A stretch of DNA of 59,260 nt from Candidatus Blautia merdipullorum (GCA_019118685.1 DWYL01000080.1:1-59260), one strand, 5' to 3'; shown: positions 30,515-40,106, counted from the first letter of the stretch. The notes: generated from the letters alone by a model not told the origin. Program-made: numbers and translations.

Positions 30515-33500
30515 GATCAGTCTGTATCAGACTTTGGCAGTCTTTTGCCTTGGAATATGGGGAGCGCTGCTGATCCTCTGCATCATATTGTTTTTTGCTT
30601 TTCACATACCGGATGATTTAAAAGAGCATATGGAGAAGATCCGAAAGAAAACCGGGAAAAAATGGGGGATCCTTCTGGCCGCTGCGGCAGCAGGAACTCT
30701 TGCAGGAGCCTTTCCGGTCATGGCGGACAGGGGAGATACCAAGAAAGAAATTCCTATCTGCTTTAAAAATCTGGACCCGGAAGAAACAGTCGAGATTGTT
30801 TATGGCACGGAAGATTTTCAGATCATAATTGATGAGGACAGGTTTTCAGAAGAGGCCGGGGATCTGAAAAGGGGAGAGAAAGCAGAATATACCTTTGCCC
30901 CGAAAAAAGGAGATCCTCTTTCTCAGGATATAATAAAAGTAGATGAAGAGGGATGGGTGACCTTTGACAGAGCCTGTGAAGGGAAGACATTGTGGCTCAC
31001 TGTGACCAGACTGGAGACAGGAGACTGTCCCCGTACAAGTGTAGACTGTTCCTTTACTGTGCTTAAAAAGGCGGTGATTCTGGAGGATACTTATCAGGGC
31101 CTGAGGTATTCAAAAGTTTATGACCAGGGGGACACAAGGGTGGAACATGATCCTGGAGATCTGGATTTCCTGGAAGGTACGGAAGCCCTGAACTTTACAG
31201 AAGGAGGAATCGAAGAAGGAGACAGGGTAAAGGTGGGAAAACTCTATGGGAGACTTCCGGAAGGTTTTGAGCAGGTATTTACAGATGAAGAAGAAAAGGA
31301 GCAGGCTTACCCTGAAAAAGCAGGGATCTTTGTTGAGAAAGTGGTGCTGGAGGGCCAAGACAAAGAAAACTATAAAGTATTGCCGGAACAACAGCCTCAG
31401 CTCCAGTGTACAGTTACTGTAAAAAAGAGACCTGTAAAGCTGAAGGTGTCAGACGGGACAAGAGAATATGGTCACTGGAACCAGATTGAATATGACGGCC
31501 ATAAGCCCGTGGAAGAAAACCAAGAGGCCTATTCCAACCCTGAGACAGAAGGAATCTTAGAAGGAGATCAGGTGGTTTTTCCCGCGCCTGAAGAAATAAA
31601 AGGAGAGGAGAAGCCGGATCAGAGGCCCGGTATATATCCGGAAAGGATCACCATAGCCCCTCTTACAGAAGAAGGAGAGCCTAATGGGATCCCGGGAAAT
31701 AATTACCGTTTTTGCCTGGAACCGGAGGAAATACAGAGAGGAACTTTGACAATATGCAGGGAAACAATAGAAGATTATATAGAGTATCTGGATTTTGAGC
31801 AGTCAGGAGGAAGTTTCTATATGGATCCTGAGACCGGAAAATTATGGACTGATGGATCTGGTAAAGAATTTTACATAAGTATCTGCAGATCCGGTCAGGG
31901 GGCATTTTACGATCAGGTCCGTCTTGCAGATACAGGACAGATCATCAGCGAGCCCTCCTCCGGCCAGGGACTGGATCTTCAAGGGAAAAATTTTTTTGAT
32001 GAGGGATCCGCTGCTTTAGAAATATTTCTTTATAATTCTGTGAATAAAGCAGCCTCTCTTCCCTTTACGGTGACATTATGCAGAGATTCCGAAGGCCCTC
32101 GGGCAGTTTTTCCAGAGATGACATCCGGTCCCTGGGATCTGGAGGAGCTTCCTTCTGAGCCTGCATTCGTAAACTTTTATGGCCGGGGATCCATCGCTGC
32201 AGTGAAAGCGGATATAGAGGATAAAGGATGCGGTGTAAAAGAATGGGCTTACTGTATTCTGGAAGGAAAAGCAGAAGAGGAGTTTACAGGAGAGAAGATC
32301 AGAAACTTTGCGGCTGAGGAACTAAGGTGGGAAGAGGGATCTCCGGAGGCAAAAGAGGAAGGGTCAGGAGGAGAACTTTTCCTTCCCGGGGAAGAAGGGG
32401 GCTATGTGATCCTGATAAAGGCAGAGGATCCTCTGGGAAATGAAAGCATCTGGGTTTCCCAGGGACTGATCATAGACTGGAAGGCCCCTGAGATAAAGAT
32501 TTCTCTGGCAGAAGATCAACAGGAAGCCTCCAGCGGGATTTACGGAGAAGATGTGAGCCTGGAAATATGTGTGGATGACGGAAATCCCGGAGAACTTACG
32601 TCAGCGGTTAAAAATGCCGTCATAAAAGTGGAAAGCGGAGGGAAGATTACAGAAGAAAAAAAACTTTACCAGAATAAGGAAGACGATGGAAGGAATTTGT
32701 CTTTTTCCTATGTAGTAAAAGCAGAAGACAATAACAGCAATGATGTGAAAATCACGGTTCAGGCAGAGGATAACAGCGGAAATTCTGCCGGCTGTGAAAA
32801 AACGCTGATGATTGATACCGTTGATCCTTCCGTTGAGGTAAAGGATCCCGCTCCCGGGAAGGGAGAAAATCAGAGATATTACCAGAATCCAGTGGAGATG
32901 GAAATCTTGTATCAGGAGAGAAATTTCGGCAGAGACAAAGAACACCTGTGGTTTCAGATCCAGCTGGATGAGGGTAAAGAAAAGCTTTATTCATTAGAGG
33001 AATTGGAAAAAGAGCTGGGTGTTGCGGCAAGATGGGAGGAATCTTTGGAAGAGAGTCAGGCAGACAGAAAAGTATCAGAAAGAACAGATGAGCGCCTCCA
33101 TCGTCTGAGCCTTACTTTTAACAGAGAACATGATTACCGGATCACTCCCTGGTGCAGAGATCTGGCGGAGAAAGAAGGCGGAAAAGATAGAGGGATTAAA
33201 GGGGAAACACAGAAATTTGTCATAGACCGGACGCCGCCGGTGATCCAGGTAAGCTTTGTGACCGGGGCAGGGGAACCTTCTTGGGAGCCAGAACAGGGAA
33301 AAGACAGGTATTACGGAAAAATTCCGGCAGCTGTGGTGACCATACAGGAAGAAAATTTTGATGAAAAGAAGGTTGTCTCTGAGGTCCAGGGGAAATTGCA
33401 GGGAGAATCTGGAGAGATGCCTTCCATTGGACCCTTTTCCGGAAAAAATGGAGAGTACAAAGCAGTGATACGGTTTTTAAAAGAAGGGGTATATTCTTTT

Positions 33501-34703
33501 CGGATTGCATGCACAGATAAGGCGGAAAACTCTGCTGATGAATATAGGGCAGAGGAATTTACGGTAGACCTTACAGAGCCGGTTATAGAAATATTTAATA
33601 TAGAAGATAAGTCTGCCAATAATAATGAAGTAGCTCCTGGGATACGGATCACAGACAGGAACTTCGATCCGGAAAAAGTAAAGATCACAGTCACCGGAGC
33701 CAGACAGGGAGAAGTACAGCTCCCTTATACTGCAACAGAGATCCAGAACGGAGAGATCCTGCAATTCCAGGATTTTCCCAGAGAAGAAAAAATGGATGAT
33801 TTTTATATTCTTACAGTCAGATCTGAGGATAAAGGGGGGAACATCCGGGAAAGATCTGTAGAATTTTCTGTAAACCGATTTGGCTCTGTATACGCATTGG
33901 AGGAAGAAACCAGAAAATGGCTGGCCGGGAAAGAGTATGTGTATCTGAACCAGGAGCGGAGTGTGTCTGTGGCAGAGTATAATATAGACAAGATCAGCGG
34001 GAGCAGGATCCTTTTGAACAGAGACGGGGAACTGAAAGAACTGAGGGAAGGCCAGGATTTTCTGGTAAGCTTCCGTGAAGAAAAGGGGAAACGTCAGGAG
34101 GCGCACTATGTTCTGAAAAAAGAAAACTTTTCCCAGGAGGGTCATTATACGATAGTTCTTTCATCCAGGGACCGGGCAGGAAATCAGATGAATAATACCA
34201 GCGTAAAGAGGAATGCCGGTGCTCTTCCTATAGCTTTTGCAGTGGATAAAACCGGTCCTACAGTGGTGATCACCGGAGCTGAGGACAGAGGCGTCTATCA
34301 GTCAGAAGAAAAAAACATAATCATAGACGCAAAGGACAATCTTTTGCTCCAGGAGGTAACGGTAGAGACAGAAGAAGAAAAAAAGGTATATGGAAAAGAA
34401 TTTTTGGAAAGCCATGAAGGGATTATAGAGCTAACCCTGGACGGCTCCCCAAAACTTCAGAAAATACAGGTGACTGCCGCGGATGCCGCCGGGAATATCC
34501 AGGGAGAGACGGCGCAGGCACGTCGAAGTTCTCCGGTTTCAATGCGGGTTCTGGTTGCCCCGAAAATCTCCTCTCATATCCTGGAAAAGCAGCCAGGTCT
34601 TTCTTTCCTCAGAAAGGGAGCAGTTTTTCTGTTTCTTCTTCTCCTGATATCCTGTATAATAATCCTGGGTTATAAAAAGAAATCTGGGAGGAGAAGGGAA
34701 TGA
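30495..34703 (+). CDS. Large acidic membrane-anchored surface protein with Ig-like repeats
   Basis: Recurring DxxxP linkers (IDWKAP, IDTVDP, IDRTPP, VDLTEP, VDKTGP) and DxxGN turns; C-terminal TM plus basic tail. Confidence 0.82.
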   Translation: MEQILSKISLYQTLAVFCLGIWGALLILCIILFFAFHIPDDLKEHMEKIRKKTGKKWGILLAAAAAGTLAGAFPVMADRGDTKKEIPICFKNLDPEETVEIVYGTEDFQIIIDEDRFSEEAGDLKRGEKAEYTFAPKKGDPLSQDIIKVDEEGWVTFDRACEGKTLWLTVTRLETGDCPRTSVDCSFTVLKKAVILEDTYQGLRYSKVYDQGDTRVEHDPGDLDFLEGTEALNFTEGGIEEGDRVKVGKLYGRLPEGFEQVFTDEEEKEQAYPEKAGIFVEKVVLEGQDKENYKVLPEQQPQLQCTVTVKKRPVKLKVSDGTREYGHWNQIEYDGHKPVEENQEAYSNPETEGILEGDQVVFPAPEEIKGEEKPDQRPGIYPERITIAPLTEEGEPNGIPGNNYRFCLEPEEIQRGTLTICRETIEDYIEYLDFEQSGGSFYMDPETGKLWTDGSGKEFYISICRSGQGAFYDQVRLADTGQIISEPSSGQGLDLQGKNFFDEGSAALEIFLYNSVNKAASLPFTVTLCRDSEGPRAVFPEMTSGPWDLEELPSEPAFVNFYGRGSIAAVKADIEDKGCGVKEWAYCILEGKAEEEFTGEKIRNFAAEELRWEEGSPEAKEEGSGGELFLPGEEGGYVILIKAEDPLGNESIWVSQGLIIDWKAPEIKISLAEDQQEASSGIYGEDVSLEICVDDGNPGELTSAVKNAVIKVESGGKITEEKKLYQNKEDDGRNLSFSYVVKAEDNNSNDVKITVQAEDNSGNSAGCEKTLMIDTVDPSVEVKDPAPGKGENQRYYQNPVEMEILYQERNFGRDKEHLWFQIQLDEGKEKLYSLEELEKELGVAARWEESLEESQADRKVSERTDERLHRLSLTFNREHDYRITPWCRDLAEKEGGKDRGIKGETQKFVIDRTPPVIQVSFVTGAGEPSWEPEQGKDRYYGKIPAAVVTIQEENFDEKKVVSEVQGKLQGESGEMPSIGPFSGKNGEYKAVIRFLKEGVYSFRIACTDKAENSADEYRAEEFTVDLTEPVIEIFNIEDKSANNNEVAPGIRITDRNFDPEKVKITVTGARQGEVQLPYTATEIQNGEILQFQDFPREEKMDDFYILTVRSEDKGGNIRERSVEFSVNRFGSVYALEEETRKWLAGKEYVYLNQERSVSVAEYNIDKISGSRILLNRDGELKELREGQDFLVSFREEKGKRQEAHYVLKKENFSQEGHYTIVLSSRDRAGNQMNNTSVKRNAGALPIAFAVDKTGPTVVITGAEDRGVYQSEEKNIIIDAKDNLLLQEVTVETEEEKKVYGKEFLESHEGIIELTLDGSPKLQKIQVTAADAAGNIQGETAQARRSSPVSMRVLVAPKISSHILEKQPGLSFLRKGAVFLFLLLLISCIIILGYKKKSGRRRE

Positions 34704-35692
34704 AAGTATTTGATCTGCACTGTGATACCGTCAGTGCCATTTATCAGGAGAGAAAGAAAGGGGGCAGCCTTTTTCTGAACAGCAGCAGTCTTCATCTGGA
34801 TTTGGAGAAGATGAGAAAAGGAGATTATGAATTGCAGACTTTCGCAATTTTCCTGGATAAAGAAAATACAAAGGACTGTTTTGCCACAGCTCAGGATATG
34901 ATAAAGCTGTTTAAAGAGGAAATAGAAAAAAACCGGGAGCAGATTGCCCAGGTTTATACATATGAAGATATCAGAAAAAACCGGGAGCAGGGAAAAATGT
35001 CCGCCCTTCTTTCTATGGAGGAAGGAGCGATTTTTGAAAAATCGCCGGAACAGCTTCGGCAGCTGTATAACCAGGGAGCCAGGATCGCTACGTTTACCTG
35101 GAATTATGAGAACGAATTGGGGTATCCCAATTATCAAGGGGATCCTTTTTATGAACATCCCTGGAGCAGAGGTGAGGAAAGAGGACTGAAAAAGAGGGGG
35201 ATAGAAGTTCTGGAACAGATGGAAGATCTGGGAGTGATCCCGGATGTCTCTCACCTCTCAGATGGAGGCTTCTGGGATGTGGCCCGGTATTGTAAAAAAC
35301 CGTTTCTGGCCACACACTCCAATGCCAGAGGCGCCGCTCCGGAAGCCGCCAGAAATCTTACAGATCCCATGATCCGGACATTGTCGGAAAAGGGAGGCCT
35401 TATGGGACTGAATTACTGTGTCAGCTTTGTAAGAGAAGACTGGCAGCCGGGACAGCCGGGAGCTTCCCTGGAAGAACTCATCCGCCAGGTAAAGTATATT
35501 GTCCGTGTGGGAGGAGAGGAGTGTCTGGCACTGGGATCTGATTTTGACGGAATAGAAGAGGCGCCTGAGATGGAGAATGGGGGATACATGGGAATGCTGG
35601 CCGAAGCTATGGAACGTGCAGGAATCCCATATAGCCTCACGGAAAAAATATTCTGGAAAAATGCAGACCGGTTTTTCCGGGAGAACCTTTAA
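34700..35692 (+). CDS. Membrane dipeptidase (peptidase M19)
   Basis: DLHCDT, SMEEG, TWNYENELG, DVSHLS, ATHSNAR, LGSDFDG. Confidence 0.93.
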   Translation: MKVFDLHCDTVSAIYQERKKGGSLFLNSSSLHLDLEKMRKGDYELQTFAIFLDKENTKDCFATAQDMIKLFKEEIEKNREQIAQVYTYEDIRKNREQGKMSALLSMEEGAIFEKSPEQLRQLYNQGARIATFTWNYENELGYPNYQGDPFYEHPWSRGEERGLKKRGIEVLEQMEDLGVIPDVSHLSDGGFWDVARYCKKPFLATHSNARGAAPEAARNLTDPMIRTLSEKGGLMGLNYCVSFVREDWQPGQPGASLEELIRQVKYIVRVGGEECLALGSDFDGIEEAPEMENGGYMGMLAEAMERAGIPYSLTEKIFWKNADRFFRENL

Positions 35693-35705
35693 AAAACAAA
35701 AAATA

Positions 35706-35745
35706 CCGGTGTAAGGGAGGAGAAAACCTACTCCCTGCACCGGCT
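35706..35745. terminator. Hairpin between the convergent dipeptidase and aldolase genes
   Basis: CCGGTGTAAGGGAG...CTCCCTGCACCGG preceded by an A-run (U tail on the minus strand). Confidence 0.6.
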
Positions 35746-35757
35746 TTATGATAGAAT

Positions 35758-36798
35758 TCAACAATATTTAATCGCCATATCTTTAAAATTTTCTACGAAA
35801 TCTGCCACGGCTTCTTCGCTGGTGATCCAGGAGGTGCAGAATCGCAGACAGGTATGCTTCGGATCCGGTCTGCACTGGAAAGTCGTGAGATATCTGGAAT
35901 TAATCTCTTCTGCAAGATCATTTGGAAAAATCGGAAAGATCTGGTTTGTGGGAGCTTCGCAGAGCAGAGGGATACCGGCCTCTTCAAAGGCCTGTTTAAT
36001 GGGCTGCATGCGCCGGATGCTTTCCTTTCCCAATTCTATGTAAAGATTGTCCTTAAACAATTCTTCAAACTGTACGCCCATCATCCAGCCTTTTGCCAGT
36101 ATGGCGCCCCGCTGTTTCATGTTAAAGCGGAAATGATCTTTGAAGTCTTCCCGTATCAGTACCAGTGCTTCTCCGAACATAGCCCCGGCTTTTGTCCCGC
36201 CTATATAAAAAGCATCGCAGAGCTTGGGGAGATCCGGAAAGGTAAGATGAGAAACCTCTTCTGCCGCCAAAGCGGCTGCAAGCCGGGCACCGTCTATATA
36301 GAGATAAAGGTGATGGCGCTGACAGAATCCATAGAGATCTTCCAGTTCTTCTTTTGTATATAGGGTACCGATTTCTGTAGGATTGGATATATAGACTAAC
36401 CGGGGTTCTACCCAATGTTCATTTTCATGAAGATCCAAAACCGGACGGATCAGATCGGGACTCAGTTTTCCGTCCTCTGTGAGGACGGAGAAGACTTTAT
36501 GGCCGGTGGCTTCTATGGCTCCTGTTTCATGGGTATTGATATGTCCTGTCTGAGCACTGATCACTGCTTCATAAGGCTTCAAAACATGAGAAATAAAGGT
36601 GAGGTTTGTGAGCGTTCCCCCTGCTATAAAGTGGATGTCCGCACTGTAATCCTCCAATGCCTCCTGAATCAGTTCCCGGGCAGCGTGGGAATGTTCATCC
36701 AGTCCGTAAGAGTTATTCTGGTGATAGTTAATGGTTTCCAGGGCCCGTAAGATATTTGGATGGGCGCCTTCGCTGTAGTCGTTCTGAAAACTATACAT
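35758..36798 (-). CDS. ltaE: Low-specificity L-threonine aldolase (PLP)
   Basis: FQNDYSEG, HETGAIEATGHK, DGARL, IGGTKAG (PLP lysine). Confidence 0.88.
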   Translation of the reverse strand: MYSFQNDYSEGAHPNILRALETINYHQNNSYGLDEHSHAARELIQEALEDYSADIHFIAGGTLTNLTFISHVLKPYEAVISAQTGHINTHETGAIEATGHKVFSVLTEDGKLSPDLIRPVLDLHENEHWVEPRLVYISNPTEIGTLYTKEELEDLYGFCQRHHLYLYIDGARLAAALAAEEVSHLTFPDLPKLCDAFYIGGTKAGAMFGEALVLIREDFKDHFRFNMKQRGAILAKGWMMGVQFEELFKDNLYIELGKESIRRMQPIKQAFEEAGIPLLCEAPTNQIFPIFPNDLAEEINSRYLTTFQCRPDPKHTCLRFCTSWITSEEAVADFVENFKDMAIKYC

Positions 36799-36939
36799 GA
36801 TTATACCTCTCTTCCTGTGTGAAAATTCCGGAAACTACTTCCGGATAGCCCAAAAGACAAGCTGTATCCTTATTTTAGCACAGAAAATCCTTTCTGCACA
36901 GAGGAAAATCTCTCCTTTCGGAAATAGAAAATCCTTTGT

Positions 36940-36969
36940 TTGACAGCCCCCGGAACCTGTGTATAAAAT
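36940..36969 (+). promoter_or_regulatory. Sigma-A-like promoter of the DapF-like gene
   Basis: TTGACA, 16-18 nt spacer, TATAAA or TAAAAT. Confidence 0.6.
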
Positions 36970-37000
36970 GATAATATCAGAGTAAAGAAAGGAATCAGTT

Positions 37001-37843
37001 ATGGAATTTTATAAATATCACAGTCTGGGAAATGATTATCTGGTATACGATATCCGGAAAAACCTGGAAGAATTGGACCAGGAGAAGATTGTCCGGATCT
37101 GCAGCAGAAACTTTGGGATCGGATCGGATGGGATCGTGGCAGGACCCTATGAAAAAGAAGGAGAAATCCTTGTCCGGGTTTTTAATCCGGATGGGACTGA
37201 GGCAGAGCAGGGAGGAAATGCTCTGCGAATATTTGCCCATTATCTAAAAACTACCGGAGACATTCAGAAAGAGACATTTTCCCTTTGCACCAAAAGCGGG
37301 ATTTCCCAGATCCGCTATCTGAACAGGGAGGGAAACCGGATTCAGATGACTATGGGAAAACTTAACTTTTCCAGCAGAAATCTGGGCCTTTCCGGACCGG
37401 ACAGAGAGGCCGTCCATGAATTTTATAATTTCGGAGGGGAAGAATGCGACTGTACCTGTGTTTCTTCAGGAAATCCACACTGTGTGATCGTTTTGGAAAA
37501 AACAGACAGAGAGACCGTATGCAGGATAGGAAAATATTCAGAGAGGGCGGAATGCTTTCCGGAAGGGATCAATACAGAGATCGTAGAGATACTGGATAAG
37601 AATAATATCCAGATAGAAATTTTTGAGAGAGGAGCAGGATATACCCTTGCTTCTGCTACAGGAGCCTGTGCCGCCGCAGGAGCAGCTTACAGAAGAGGAC
37701 TGATCGATTCTGACGTTATGGTCCATATGCCGGGGGGAAAACTGTGGACTCAGATTGACGAAGAATGGGCTGTGAAGACCATAGGAAGTGTGAAAAGGAT
37801 CTGCAAGATCCAGCTGTTTGAAGATTTTTTTCAGGGGATTTAG
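37001..37843 (+). CDS. dapF: Diaminopimelate epimerase-fold protein with atypical active site
   Basis: KYHSLGNDY, GIGSDG, NPDG, GNPH, ERGAG.TLA; the catalytic Cys positions read Gly and Ser. Confidence 0.8.
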   Translation: MEFYKYHSLGNDYLVYDIRKNLEELDQEKIVRICSRNFGIGSDGIVAGPYEKEGEILVRVFNPDGTEAEQGGNALRIFAHYLKTTGDIQKETFSLCTKSGISQIRYLNREGNRIQMTMGKLNFSSRNLGLSGPDREAVHEFYNFGGEECDCTCVSSGNPHCVIVLEKTDRETVCRIGKYSERAECFPEGINTEIVEILDKNNIQIEIFERGAGYTLASATGACAAAGAAYRRGLIDSDVMVHMPGGKLWTQIDEEWAVKTIGSVKRICKIQLFEDFFQGI

Positions 37844-37855
37844 ACTCTGGGAGAC

Positions 37856-37883
37856 TTGCTTTTTGAAAAAGATATGGTATAAT
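37856..37883 (+). promoter_or_regulatory. Sigma-A-like extended -10 promoter of the COG0523 operon
   Basis: TTGCTT, 16-nt spacer ending TGG, TATAAT. Confidence 0.65.
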
Positions 37884-38020
37884 GTCCACGAAGTGGGTAG
37901 TATACTCAGGCATAGATGTATTTACCTGGGAACATTGATACATGCAGCAATAAGGGGCGGAAGCAAGACTTTCGTCCCCTTTTACCATGTATAAAGAAAA
38001 TATAGAAGGGAGACTTAAAA

Positions 38021-39124
38021 ATGACAAAAATTGATATCTTCTCGGGCTTTCTGGGAGCTGGAAAGACTACGCTGATCCAGAAGCTTTTAAAAGAAGCCTA
38101 CAAAGGAGAGCAGGTGGTCCTGATCGAAAACGAATTTGGAGAGATCGGTATTGACGGCGGATTTTTGAAAGAAGCAGGTATTGAGATCCGGGAGATGAAT
38201 TCCGGCTGTATCTGCTGCTCTCTGGTAGGAGACTTTGGAGAGGCCTTAAAGGAAGTTATCGGAAAATACAGCCCTGACAGGATCATTATTGAACCTTCAG
38301 GAGTAGGAAAACTTTCTGATGTGATCAAAGCTGTCCAGAAAGTAGAAGATTCAGTTGATATAAAATTAAACAGTTTTACCACCCTGGTAGATGTGACCAA
38401 GTGTAAAATGTATATGAAGAACTTCGGAGAATTCTTCAGCAACCAGATCGAATATGCGGGAACCATTATTCTAAGCCGTACAGACACAGAAAAAGCCACA
38501 CAGGAGAAGGTAGAGGCGGCAGTAGAACTGATCCGCTCTCTGAATAAGACAGCGGCGGTCATCACCACACCCATCGCTCAGCTGCCAGGAAAGAAAATCC
38601 TGGATACTATGGAAAACAATACTTCTCTGGAAAAGGAACTGATGGAGGAGGAGACCTGCCCGGTATGCGGCGGACATCATCACCATCACGATCATGAAGA
38701 GTGTGACCACGACCATCATCACCAAGATCATGAAGAATGTGACCACGACCACCACCATCACGACCATGAGGAATGTGATCATGACCACCACCATCACGAG
38801 GCGTGCGGTCACGACCATCACCATGATCACCATGGACACCATCATGCAGATGAAGTGTTTACAAGCTGGGGCAAAGAGACAGTAAAAACCTATTCTAAAG
38901 AAGAGATCCAGAAAATCCTGGATACCCTGTCAAATGATCAGTCTTATGGAATGGTGCTGAGAGCCAAAGGAATGGTGGAAGGCAAAGACGGACAGTGGAT
39001 CTACTTTGATATGGTTCCGGGAGAGGCAGATATCCGCCAGGGCGCTCCTGATTATACAGGAAGACTTTGCGTCATCGGCTCCAAGCTTGCAGAGGATAAG
39101 CTTGCAGAGCTCTTTTCCGTATAA
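38021..39124 (+). CDS. COG0523/CobW-family GTPase metallochaperone with His-rich insert
   Basis: GFLGAGKTT, ENEFGE, GCICC, EPSG; C-terminal LRAKG...GRLCVIG. Confidence 0.93.
   Translation: MTKIDIFSGFLGAGKTTLIQKLLKEAYKGEQVVLIENEFGEIGIDGGFLKEAGIEIREMNSGCICCSLVGDFGEALKEVIGKYSPDRIIIEPSGVGKLSDVIKAVQKVEDSVDIKLNSFTTLVDVTKCKMYMKNFGEFFSNQIEYAGTIILSRTDTEKATQEKVEAAVELIRSLNKTAAVITTPIAQLPGKKILDTMENNTSLEKELMEEETCPVCGGHHHHHDHEECDHDHHHQDHEECDHDHHHHDHEECDHDHHHHEACGHDHHHDHHGHHHADEVFTSWGKETVKTYSKEEIQKILDTLSNDQSYGMVLRAKGMVEGKDGQWIYFDMVPGEADIRQGAPDYTGRLCVIGSKLAEDKLAELFSV
38675..38845 (+). repeat. Coding tandem repeat, about 36-nt unit (HHHHDHEECDHD x3 plus degenerate copies)
   Basis: Visible in both DNA and protein. 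Confidence 0.85.
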
Positions 39125-39152
39125 CATTATATAGAAGGGATTGGGAAAAGAT

Positions 39153-40106
39153 ATGGAAGAAGAAATCAGAGTTCCTATATATTTTATGGCAGGATTTCTG
39201 GAAAGCGGCAAGACTACTTTTCTGGATTTTACCATTGAGCAGGACTATTTTCAGATAGACGGCCCTACGCTGCTGATCCTCTGTGAAGAAGGCGAAGTTG
39301 ACTTTGATCCGAAGAAGCTGAAGAAAAGCAGGACCAGTGTAGAGGTGATCGATAAATTTGAGGATCTGACTCCGGAGCGGCTGGTAGCCTATGATGCTTT
39401 TTATCAGCCGGAGCGAGTGATCATAGAATACAACGGTATGTGGCAGGTCAGCAAATTTGAAGAAATGCAGCTTCCAAAGGACTGGGGACTTGTGCAGCAG
39501 ATCGTTACAGTAGATGCCAGCACCTTTCAGGTCTATATGAATAACATGAAGTCTCTGTTTGTGGAAATGGTAAGAGGAGCGGATATGGTTTTATTTAACC
39601 GCTGCACCAAGGACATGCCTTTGGCATCCTTCCGGAGAAGCGTTAAGGTGGTCAATCAGTCTGCGGAAATCATTTTTGAAGATGACGAAGGGGAGATTGA
39701 AGATATCTTCGCTGAGAAAATGCCCTTTGATGTGGATGCAGACGTCATTGAGATCATGGATGAAGACTATGGCATCTGGTTCATTGACGCTATGGATCAT
39801 CCGGAAACCTATGAAGGAAAGAAAGTGGCCTTTACTGCTATGGTCCTGAAATCCAGAGAACTTCCTAAAAATGTTTTCGTTCCCGGAAGAATGGCTATGA
39901 CCTGCTGTGCGGAGGATACCAGCTTTATTGGTTATATCTGCAAAACTCCTGAGGCCAAGAATCTGAAGACCGGAAAATGGGTGAAACTGGTGGCCAGCGT
40001 GGACTATGAATATGTAGAATCCTATCACAAGGAAGGCCCGGTACTCACTGCTGTTTCTCTGGAGCCCGCGGAGCCTCTGGCCCAGGAACTGGTATATTTT
40101 AATTAA
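39153..40106 (+). CDS. CobW-like P-loop domain fused to a TIGR03943-like C-terminal domain
   Basis: GFLESGKTT, EEGE, IEYNGMW; C-terminal GRMAMTCCAED. Confidence 0.78.
   Translation: MEEEIRVPIYFMAGFLESGKTTFLDFTIEQDYFQIDGPTLLILCEEGEVDFDPKKLKKSRTSVEVIDKFEDLTPERLVAYDAFYQPERVIIEYNGMWQVSKFEEMQLPKDWGLVQQIVTVDASTFQVYMNNMKSLFVEMVRGADMVLFNRCTKDMPLASFRRSVKVVNQSAEIIFEDDEGEIEDIFAEKMPFDVDADVIEIMDEDYGIWFIDAMDHPETYEGKKVAFTAMVLKSRELPKNVFVPGRMAMTCCAEDTSFIGYICKTPEAKNLKTGKWVKLVASVDYEYVESYHKEGPVLTAVSLEPAEPLAQELVYFN

Noticed and set aside
37916-38005. 29-aa leader peptide MYLPGNIDTCSNK... before the COG0523 gene
   Set aside because: No convincing RBS or regulatory codon run; the RNA-structure explanation is preferred.
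38675-38845. CRISPR-like periodicity
   Set aside because: In-frame coding His-rich repeat with no unique spacers and no cas genes.
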